Assembly: GCA_947472655.1 (NCBI GenBank)
Contig: CANJCG010000001.1
Coordinates: 1-57,268, forward strand
DNA length: 57,268 nucleotides
Source of the DNA: Actinomycetota bacterium
Lineage (GTDB): Bacteria > Actinomycetota > Actinomycetes > S36-B12
Direction: 5' to 3'
Below the pieces are notes generated by a model. It was not told the DNA's origin. It saw only the letters and a program-made list of their open reading frames with translations, and did not search any database. Positions 50,339-57,268 of this stretch are shown in pieces. Every line of letters begins with the position of its first letter. Positions within the stretch are counted from its first letter, which is position 1. The position numbers were made by a program, and so were the translations under genes.

Positions 50339-51450
50339 CTGAAGTCTTGGTAGCGATCGGCGCAGCGCGGCATATCCCCGCGGATTTGTATTTAGATCTC
50401 GGTGAACTCCATCCCACCGGCCATGGGGCTATGCAACTGGCCCTCAACGTTGATGACGGCATCATCACCGCAGCTGATCCTCGCATTGGGTTTTTGCACC
50501 GCAGTGCTGAAAAACTCTTCGAGGCTCGCGACTATCGCCAACTCATGATGCTCGCGAATAGACATGACTGGGTGAGCGCATTCAGCTCAGAGTTGTCCAT
50601 CGCACTTGTTCTAGAAGATGCGATGGGGATCCTGACCCCCGAACGAGCGACTTGGTCTCGCATGCTGCTTGCCGAGATGAATCGAGTGACCGCAAATCTG
50701 ATCATGCTGGGTGCCTCTGCTCCCGGCTTTTCTCACCTCCTAGCTAGTCGCGAAATATTTCTTGAGTTACTTGAACAACTCACAGGCTCGAGAATTCATC
50801 CGATGTTTAACCGCATTGGCGGTATCGCTACTGGCTGCGATCCGCAGTGGCTGGATTCACTATTTTCAGCGAGTCAAAATTTACAACTCGCACTTGCCAA
50901 TCTTCCAAAGCAGATACAGCAGCAGTTTGCACCACTCATCGGTGTTGGAGTTATTACTTCCGACGCAATTCATACCTACGGCTTATCCGGCACATCGGCT
51001 TGGGCTTCCGGTGTGAAGAACGACTTGCGAGTGTCAGCGCCATATCTTGCATACCAAGATGTCCAATCTCTTTTACCCACTAGGCACCACTCAGGTGACA
51101 TCACGTCAAGATTTGTGCTGATCGCCGAGCAACTCCTAGCAAGTCTGACCATCATTGATGCAGCCATTGATTGGCTTAAAGGCGCTGGAGCAGGGCCCAC
51201 CTCTGTGCAACTACCAAAGGTAGTGCGCGCACCCGAACTCACCGCATATGGCGCTATCGAGGGGCCGCTAGGCACGATGGGCGTTTTGCTGGACAGCGTC
51301 GGCGAGAAAACACCTTGGCGCTTAAAGTTACGCACCCCTTCTTTCGCAACTATTCAAAGTTTTGAAAGCATTCTGATTGGACTCCCACTTACTGCGCTCG
51401 TACCCATGCTGCAGTCGTGCGCGTTTATGGTTGGCGACGCTGATCGGTAG
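50335..51450 (+). CDS. Orphan NuoD / complex I 49-kDa subunit paralog (shortened, function unknown)
   Basis: 371 aa. Alignable by eye along its whole length to the NuoD at 7273-8637 (LHPTGHG/QHPSTHG; [20 protein letters not shown]; [42 protein letters not shown]; [18 protein letters not shown]; [18 protein letters not shown]; GDADR/GGVDR). It lacks about 35 N-terminal and about 50-60 internal residues. It has no NiFe-hydrogenase Cys motifs. Confidence 0.85.
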   Translation: MTEVLVAIGAARHIPADLYLDLGELHPTGHGAMQLALNVDDGIITAADPRIGFLHRSAEKLFEARDYRQLMMLANRHDWVSAFSSELSIALVLEDAMGILTPERATWSRMLLAEMNRVTANLIMLGASAPGFSHLLASREIFLELLEQLTGSRIHPMFNRIGGIATGCDPQWLDSLFSASQNLQLALANLPKQIQQQFAPLIGVGVITSDAIHTYGLSGTSAWASGVKNDLRVSAPYLAYQDVQSLLPTRHHSGDITSRFVLIAEQLLASLTIIDAAIDWLKGAGAGPTSVQLPKVVRAPELTAYGAIEGPLGTMGVLLDSVGEKTPWRLKLRTPSFATIQSFESILIGLPLTALVPMLQSCAFMVGDADR

Positions 51451-51484
51451 CAGCTCAAAGTTTGCGACCAATGCTCGCTAACTA

Positions 51485-51772
51485 CTAAGAGCGTTCGCGA
51501 ATATATGTTGCAAACCGAGCACGAAGGAGCGCCTCGGTCGTAGCGTCAAATTGGGTATCGCCGAACATTTCACGCACCGCGCGAACCGTCTCAATAAACG
51601 TGCCACCAACAGCTCCGAGATCGCCGCCTTCGCCTTCAATGGCAGACATGCTTGGCATATGGCCAAAGAGTTCGGTAAAAAAACCCAGATCCAGATGCTT
51701 CTCAGCAAGGTGAAAAGCTTGCTGACGCAATTGATCAAATGGGAGGTCTTCCAAGATTGGCTCAGTGCTCAT
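51485..51772 (-). CDS. Hypothetical acidic protein (95 aa)
   Basis: Its start overlaps the DUF3180 stop by 4 nt, making it the last gene of the fol string. Composition is protein-like. I recognise no family. Confidence 0.5.
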   Translation of the reverse strand: MSTEPILEDLPFDQLRQQAFHLAEKHLDLGFFTELFGHMPSMSAIEGEGGDLGAVGGTFIETVRAVREMFGDTQFDATTEALLRARFATYIRERS

Positions 51773-52251
51773 GTACTGACCTTACCTAGCCCCGAATCGC
51801 TAGACGCACCGTCCGACGGCAAACGGCACAGATGCTCAAGCCACAGAGCCGCAATAACCAAGGCCAGGGCTCCAATCGCTGCTGCAACCGCGGCCCAAAG
51901 GCTCTGATTTCCTGCTTGGGTTAATCGATCAGGCAAGGTTCCAGCCGCCACGCCAGCATAAAACCCTGAAACAATCGCCCCTGTTCGCGAGGCAGCCATT
52001 GCCAATGCCGCCGTGCGTGCAGCCACGATGGGCGGCATTGGGTGTGAACCTGGTTTGCGTTGCAGCCGAGGTCGGGCCAGTAGCGCCCAGACGAAGACCG
52101 AGGCTGCAAGCAGCCACAACGTCACTGCCGCCAAAAAGGGAACAGGTAGGGCTCGACCGGATTGGCCATCCATAAACGATGCAATCGCCCAGCCAATGAC
52201 CCCTGATAGTGCAGCCAGTACGAGTAGCAGTCCAATTCGAGTGGGCTTCAT
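51769..52251 (-). CDS. DUF3180-like four-TM membrane protein
   Basis: 160-aa, Ala/Leu-rich protein with four predicted TM helices. It follows folK, as its conserved counterpart does in mycobacteria. Confidence 0.7.
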   Translation of the reverse strand: MKPTRIGLLLVLAALSGVIGWAIASFMDGQSGRALPVPFLAAVTLWLLAASVFVWALLARPRLQRKPGSHPMPPIVAARTAALAMAASRTGAIVSGFYAGVAAGTLPDRLTQAGNQSLWAAVAAAIGALALVIAALWLEHLCRLPSDGASSDSGLGKVST

Positions 52252-52751
52252 GGCGCAATCGCTAATCGTAATTCCGGGTTCAACTTACGAACGCCTGACA
52301 CATCAACGTTTCGTACTAGGTCAGTTACCTTCGCGCCACCTAATCTGGCATCCCCGTCTACTGCCAGCCACGGCACTAAAACAAAGCCACGCTGATGCGC
52401 ACGTGGGTGCGGCACCGTGAGGCGTTCAGTATTTGAAGTGAAACCGGCAATATCAATGATGTCTAGATCAAGAGTTCTCGGACCCCAGTGCACTTCGCGC
52501 GTGCGGTGCCATTGCTCTTCTATTTGGTTGAGTCGTCGCAGCAGCGCTAACGGTTCGAGTTCGGTTTCCAACAACACCACCGCATTCACGTATACCGGCT
52601 GATCTGGTCCACCAACAGGGTCAGTCTCGAATACCGGTGAGGCAGCAAGAACCGTGATCCCTTCGGTTTGAGTTAATGCATCGACTGCTCCCTGTAATGC
52701 CGATGTGGCGTCGCCAAGGTTGGCACCCAAAGCAATGACCGCCGAAGTCAT
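52248..52751 (-). CDS. folK: 2-amino-4-hydroxy-6-hydroxymethyldihydropteridine diphosphokinase
   Basis: 167-aa HPPK pattern (ALGANLGD..., WGPRTLDLDI, LTVPHPRAHQRGFVL). Confidence 0.93.
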   Translation of the reverse strand: MTSAVIALGANLGDATSALQGAVDALTQTEGITVLAASPVFETDPVGGPDQPVYVNAVVLLETELEPLALLRRLNQIEEQWHRTREVHWGPRTLDLDIIDIAGFTSNTERLTVPHPRAHQRGFVLVPWLAVDGDARLGGAKVTDLVRNVDVSGVRKLNPELRLAIAP

Positions 52752-53107
52752 GGTCGAACTATTCGCAACGAAACATTATCGAAGGGAACAGGAATCGGAG
52801 CTTGCGGCTTATGAACCGTGACTTCGATGCCATCAACACCTGGCATCGCCAAAACATCTTGAGCGATTCGTTCAGCCAGCGTTTCAATGAGGTTAAAAGC
52901 CTCCCCGACAATTCGGTCATAGACAAACTGGGAGATGGCGCCGTAATCGACGGTGTCAACAAGATCATCGCTCGTCGAAGCATTACTGGGGGCAAGTTTG
53001 ACAACGAGGTCAACGGCGAACTCTTGCCCATTTTCACGTTCATGGTCGAACACCCCATGAAACCCTGTGGCCTTGATTCCGGAGATGATGATCTGATCCT
53101 TACTCAT
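52748..53107 (-). CDS. folB: Dihydroneopterin aldolase
   Basis: 119 aa. FolB pattern (GFHGVFDHERENGQEFAVD, DTVDYG). Confidence 0.93.
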   Translation of the reverse strand: MSKDQIIISGIKATGFHGVFDHERENGQEFAVDLVVKLAPSNASTSDDLVDTVDYGAISQFVYDRIVGEAFNLIETLAERIAQDVLAMPGVDGIEVTVHKPQAPIPVPFDNVSLRIVRP

Positions 53108-53967
53108 GATTTTCCCCTTCGCCAGGCGCCGCCGACTCGAACGGCATCAATACTTCCTGCAACATCATGCACCCGAACAGCCCAAACGTCCGCTGCGGCA
53201 GCAAGCGCCGAGATGGCATCAGTTGCCACATCACGCTGATCAACCGGGCGAACGCTGCCTTCATTGGATGACAGCAAACTGCCAATGAAACGCTTGCGAG
53301 ATGCGCCAATCAGTACTGGATATCCAGTTTCGTTAAAGGCATGTAGGTGGTTCAGAATGGCCCAATTGTGATCCGCTTCTTTAGCAAAACCAAGCCCCGG
53401 GTCAATGACAATCGCATCACGGGAAATACCCGCTGTTAACGCGGCATCTACGCGAGCGCCAAGCTCTGCGAGCACTTCAGTGACGACATCCCCATAAGAC
53501 GCCATTGAGTTCATGTTGGTGCTGTGTCCGCGCCAATGCATAACGACATAGGGCACCTCTAGTGCAGCGACGACTTCGAACATTTGCGGATCCGCAAGAC
53601 CACCGCTCACATCATTGACAAGAAACGCACCTGCCTCAACAGCTGCTCCTGCTGTTGAGGCGTGCATGGTGTCAATACTGGTGGGAATTCCGGCGGCAGT
53701 TAAACCTTCAATGACTTCGAGCACTCGTCGCTGTTCTTCACCGACGCTGACTCGTTGTGCTCCAGGACGTGTGGACTCACCGCCAACATCGATGAAATCC
53801 GCTCCCTGCTTGTGCAAGGCAATTCCAAATTCGACCGCATCTTGTGCGTTTGAAAACTTGCCACCATCAGAAAAGGAATCCGGGGTGACGTTTAAAACAC
53901 CAATGACTAGTGTGCGATCGACGCCAAGGAGAGCTGCAGGCAGTCCCGTTGGTTGTCGCAGATTCAT
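53104..53967 (-). CDS. folP: Dihydropteroate synthase
   Basis: 287 aa. DHPS motifs ([31 protein letters not shown]). Confidence 0.95.
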   Translation of the reverse strand: MNLRQPTGLPAALLGVDRTLVIGVLNVTPDSFSDGGKFSNAQDAVEFGIALHKQGADFIDVGGESTRPGAQRVSVGEEQRRVLEVIEGLTAAGIPTSIDTMHASTAGAAVEAGAFLVNDVSGGLADPQMFEVVAALEVPYVVMHWRGHSTNMNSMASYGDVVTEVLAELGARVDAALTAGISRDAIVIDPGLGFAKEADHNWAILNHLHAFNETGYPVLIGASRKRFIGSLLSSNEGSVRPVDQRDVATDAISALAAAADVWAVRVHDVAGSIDAVRVGGAWRRGKS

Positions 53968-54572
53968 CGGCCTTGAATGAGTGCCATGGCTTCGGCGCGA
54001 GTTGCTGGGTCAAGCAACGATCCGCGAACTGCGCTTGTCAAAGTTTTTGAACCAGGCTTACGAATGCCTCGCATCGACATGCACAAATGCTCGGCTTCAA
54101 TAATTACGATCGCTCCGCGCGGTTCAAGAATTCGCACGAGCGAATCAGCAATCTGTGAAGTTAGTCGCTCTTGAACCTGAGGGCGTCGGGCATACAAATC
54201 AACTAGTCGGGCAAGTTTTGACAAACCGGTAATACGTCCGTGTGCGCCGGGGATATAGCCAATATGCGCGCGTCCATGAAAGGGCACGAGGTGATGCTCA
54301 CAGGTGCTGTACATCTCAATATCGCGCACAATGATCATCTCTTCGTGGCCAAGGTCAAAGGTTGTGGTCAGAACATCTTCAGCACGCATGTGTAGCCCCG
54401 CGAAGATTTCTTGATACGAACGAGCGACTCTTGCTGGAGTGTCTTTTAAACCATCCCGCTCAGGGTTTTCTCCAACGGCAATCAGTAGTGCACGGATTGC
54501 TGCTTCAACACCAGCTGCATCGAATTCACCGATAGCTGCGTTTGGATCCACACTCACTGGATCGATGCTCAT
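53964..54572 (-). CDS. folE: GTP cyclohydrolase I
   Basis: 202 aa. FolE motifs ([22 protein letters not shown]). Confidence 0.96.
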   Translation of the reverse strand: MSIDPVSVDPNAAIGEFDAAGVEAAIRALLIAVGENPERDGLKDTPARVARSYQEIFAGLHMRAEDVLTTTFDLGHEEMIIVRDIEMYSTCEHHLVPFHGRAHIGYIPGAHGRITGLSKLARLVDLYARRPQVQERLTSQIADSLVRILEPRGAIVIIEAEHLCMSMRGIRKPGSKTLTSAVRGSLLDPATRAEAMALIQGR

Positions 54573-56557
54573 TGCGCCTCATCTGGGGTCGTTGGTTCAT
54601 CTGTTGACGTTGGTGTCTCTAATTCTGGAGCTATCTCACCTTGAACGTGTACCGATGGGCGAGGATGATCAATTGGTCCTCGTGAATCTGGTTGGCGACG
54701 AGCCGACCCAGTCCAGGCTGGCCGAACTTGCTGTAACTGCAGCGCTTGGAATACCGCATCAATTTCAGCCCGATCAAGTGTCTCTTTTTCAAGTAGTTCG
54801 TGAACAAGCGCATCAAGCACATCTCGATTCGCTACCAAGATGTCATACGCCTCTTGATGAGCGCTTTCAATGAATGTGCGGACTTCTTCATCAATCGCGC
54901 CTGCGATTTCTTCGGAATATTCACGCCCATGGCCCATATCGCGACCAAGAAAAACCTCGCCTGGAGGTTGGCCATAACGAATAGCTCCTAAGCGTTCAGT
55001 CATGCCGTACTGAGTCACCATCGCACGAGCCAACTCGGTTGCGCGCTCAATATCGTTTGAGGCACCCGTTGTTGGATCATGGAAAATGAGTTCTTCTGCG
55101 GCGCGACCTCCGAGCATGTATGCCAATTGGTTTTGCATCTCGCTGCGCGTAGTTGAATATCGATCTTGCTCTGGTAACACCATCGTGTAACCAAGTGCGC
55201 GCCCGCGAGGCAGGATCGTGATCTTGTGCACTGGGTCATTGCCCGGTAAAGCAGCAGCCACAAGCGCGTGCCCTGCTTCGTGATAAGCCGTGATGCTCTT
55301 TTCGTGGTCATCCATCACACGAGTGCGCTTTTGTGGACCAGCGATAACTCGATCGATTGCTTCGTCAAGTGCCGCATCGTCAAGGCGTTCTAGCCCAAGG
55401 CGCGCAGTCAACAGTGCGGCTTCATTTAACACGTTGGCTAGATCTGCACCCGTGAATCCGGGCGTGCGACGAGCAACCGCTTTGAGATCAACTTCATCAG
55501 CCATCGGCTTGCCTTTTGCGTGAACCTCCAAAATCGCGAAACGGCCCAGAAGATCTGGCCGATCAACAGCGATTTGGCGATCGAAACGGCCCGGACGCAG
55601 CAGTGCGGGATCAAGAATGTCAGGGCGGTTCGTTGCGGCAATCAAGATGACACCGCCGGTGACATCAAAGCCGTCCATTTCAACCAACATCTGATTCAGC
55701 GTTTGCTCACGCTCATCGTGCCCGCCACCCATTCCTGCTCCACGGTGGCGACCAACTGCATCGATTTCGTCAATGAAAATGATTGAAGGCGAGTTCGCTT
55801 TAGCCTGCTCGAAGAGATCACGAACTCGACTGGCGCCAACGCCCACAAACATTTCAACAAAATCTGAACCAGAGATTGCAAAGAAAGGAACTCCCGCTTC
55901 ACCTGCGACCGCACGAGCAAGAAGAGTCTTGCCTGTTCCTGGCGGTCCATACAACAGCACGCCCTTAGGAATCTTGGCGCCGACCGCGTGAAATTTTTCA
56001 GGGTCCGCAAGAAAGTCTTTAATTTCTTCAAGTTCTTCTACTGCTTCGTCTGCGCCGGCGACGTCTGCGAATGTGGTTTGCGGCATGTCTTTATTGACAA
56101 GTTTCGCTTTTGATTTACCAAAACTCATGACCTTGTTACCGCCGCCTTGCATCTGCCCCATGAAAAAGAAGAGCAAGAACACGACGATGGCGATGGGTAG
56201 GAGCGAGAAAAGTAAGGTGACAAGGATGTTTTCACTTGGCACAACCACGTTGTAGCCACCAGGAAGTTGACCTGCGTTGGCCTTGGTCTGAAGTAATTCT
56301 TGAAGGTTGACGCCTTGCCCCGTGACATAGGACGCGCGAACTTTGGACCCGTCCTTCAATGTCAGTTCAAGGAGCTGATCTCGATCAGTGATTGTGGCGG
56401 TATCTACCTTGCCACCATTGATGTCCGAAACTGCCTGACTGGTGTCGACCTGAGTTGGTGCTCCTACGCCGGCAAAAACGCTAGAACCAACCAAAACAAA
56501 GGCAACGGCTAGCGCAACCCAAAAGATGGGGCCACGAAGAATTCTCTTAAAGTCCAC
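54569..56557 (-). CDS. ftsH: ATP-dependent zinc metalloprotease FtsH
   Basis: 662 aa. Two TM helices, AAA Walker A GPPGTGKT, the Zn site HEAGHAL, and an acidic/Pro-rich C-terminal tail. Confidence 0.97.
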   Translation of the reverse strand: MDFKRILRGPIFWVALAVAFVLVGSSVFAGVGAPTQVDTSQAVSDINGGKVDTATITDRDQLLELTLKDGSKVRASYVTGQGVNLQELLQTKANAGQLPGGYNVVVPSENILVTLLFSLLPIAIVVFLLFFFMGQMQGGGNKVMSFGKSKAKLVNKDMPQTTFADVAGADEAVEELEEIKDFLADPEKFHAVGAKIPKGVLLYGPPGTGKTLLARAVAGEAGVPFFAISGSDFVEMFVGVGASRVRDLFEQAKANSPSIIFIDEIDAVGRHRGAGMGGGHDEREQTLNQMLVEMDGFDVTGGVILIAATNRPDILDPALLRPGRFDRQIAVDRPDLLGRFAILEVHAKGKPMADEVDLKAVARRTPGFTGADLANVLNEAALLTARLGLERLDDAALDEAIDRVIAGPQKRTRVMDDHEKSITAYHEAGHALVAAALPGNDPVHKITILPRGRALGYTMVLPEQDRYSTTRSEMQNQLAYMLGGRAAEELIFHDPTTGASNDIERATELARAMVTQYGMTERLGAIRYGQPPGEVFLGRDMGHGREYSEEIAGAIDEEVRTFIESAHQEAYDILVANRDVLDALVHELLEKETLDRAEIDAVFQALQLQQVRPAWTGSARRQPDSRGPIDHPRPSVHVQGEIAPELETPTSTDEPTTPDEAQ

Positions 56558-56622
56558 CTCATGACGTTACTACGGCAACACCTTGACTCACGCCAGCGGA
56601 GGGCGGCTTTCGCGCTCAGCGA

Positions 56623-57177
56623 TCAGGGTCCGTACACATGGGGCGCCAAGGTGCCCACACACCGCAAATTTCGGTACTTCTGGTTGTAGTCCAGGCCGTA
56701 TCCCACAACAAACTCGTTGGGGATATCAAATCCCACGTATTTTGGGTTCACTTCAACCTTGATTGCCTCTGGTTTGCGAAGCAAAGAGAAAACTTCAACT
56801 GAGGCTGCCCCACGTGAGCCAAGGTTTTTAATCAACCATGAAAGGGTCAGTCCCGAATCCAGAATGTCTTCAACAATAAGTACATTTCGGCCGACAATAT
56901 CGCTGTCCAAATCCTTCAAGATACGCACGACGCCACTGGATTTTGTACCAGAGCCATAGGAAGAAACCGCCATCCAGTCCATCTCTGCGCTTCTGATCAA
57001 CGATCGTGCAAGATCGGCCATCAACATGACGGCTCCCTTTAAGACCCCTACGAGAAGCAAATCTCTGCCTTCGTAATCCCTTTCGATCTGTGCCGCGAGC
57101 TCAGTAATCCGCGCTTGGATCTGGGCTTCACTCACAAGCACATGAGCCAGATCCGTACCAAGGTCTTCAGGTAGCAA
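56623..57177 (-). CDS. hpt: Hypoxanthine phosphoribosyltransferase
   Basis: 184 aa. PRPP-binding motif [16 protein letters not shown] start per the track. Confidence 0.94.
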   Translation of the reverse strand: MLPEDLGTDLAHVLVSEAQIQARITELAAQIERDYEGRDLLLVGVLKGAVMLMADLARSLIRSAEMDWMAVSSYGSGTKSSGVVRILKDLDSDIVGRNVLIVEDILDSGLTLSWLIKNLGSRGAASVEVFSLLRKPEAIKVEVNPKYVGFDIPNEFVVGYGLDYNQKYRNLRCVGTLAPHVYGP

Positions 57178-57268
57178 GGGGTTCTCCAGGCGTTGAGGGC
57201 GAAACTGGTGCGGTAAGGATCAGCCTTCCATAGTCACGACGAGCATGCACACGGGCTGGCAAACTCAC
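57167..57268 (-). CDS. tilS: 3' end of an upstream gene, probably tRNA(Ile)-lysidine synthase (partial)
   Basis: An open frame enters from the window edge (...[31 protein letters not shown], then a stop) and overlaps the hpt start by 11 nt. The tilS-hpt-ftsH order is conserved in actinobacteria. Only 33 codons are visible, so identity rests mostly on synteny. Confidence 0.45.
   Translation of the reverse strand: MSLPARVHARRDYGRLILTAPVSPSTPGEPLAT

Noticed and set aside
50335-51450. Reading the NuoD paralog as a [NiFe]-hydrogenase large subunit.
   Set aside because: Both the N-terminal RxCGxC and the C-terminal DPCxxC metal-ligand motifs are absent. The equivalent positions read LHPTGHG and MVGDADR, which is the complex I 49-kDa pattern.
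51478-51738. 86-aa alternative-frame ORF overlapping the 95-aa gene.
   Set aside because: It is Cys/Leu/Arg-rich with odd composition. It also lacks the 4-nt coupling to the upstream gene that the 51485-51772 frame has.

Overview
This 57.3-kb window looks like a stretch of an actinobacterial (Actinomycetota) chromosome made almost entirely of core genes. By my gene calls it is about 97% coding, with more than 20 same-strand 4-nt start/stop overlaps. I saw no rRNA, tRNA, CRISPR array or mobile element by eye.

Gene order, left to right:
- nuoK to nuoA on the minus strand (11 of the 14 complex I genes; nuoL-N presumably lie left of the window), with a Rex-type operator upstream of nuoA.
- A near-complete menaquinone set: menG, menF, menD, menC, menB, menE, menA.
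- Two small membrane proteins (DUF4229-like and PLDc_N-like).
- A tightly packed 7-kb minus-strand string: rex, cobA/hemD fusion, histidine phosphatase, TlpA-like thioredoxin, ccdA, resB, ccsB.
- A glutaredoxin-like gene and a HAD-IB hydrolase.
- The 33-aa ribosomal protein bS22 (too short for the ORF track) next to its usual HTH partner.
- AcuC-like deacetylase, proC, TIM-barrel isomerase, P-type ATPase, ppx/gppA.
- A Cys-rich hypothetical, radA, a membrane-anchored protein, mutY.
- clpC, amidase, GNAT, lysS, HAD.
- coaX, nadC, nadB, panC and a DUF2520 protein.
- Finally tilS(partial), hpt, ftsH, folE, folP, folB, folK and DUF3180.

The order is syntenic with regions I remember from Mycobacterium and Streptomyces, so the deviations are informative.

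The most interesting signal is a strand-switched two-gene module at 49430-51450. A MidA/NDUFAF7-type SAM methyltransferase is translationally coupled to an orphan, shortened NuoD (49-kDa subunit) paralog. That paralog carries an Arg at the position I recall as the NDUFAF7 target in mitochondrial NDUFS2, whereas the operon NuoD in this window has Thr there.

Other notable points:
- hemA/hemC/hemB/hemL are missing from their conserved slots while cytochrome c maturation genes are kept.
- Rex-type and ClgR-type operators are present.
- disA, lsr2, panD and nadA are absent from their usual positions.

All family assignments come from motif recognition by eye, not from database searches.
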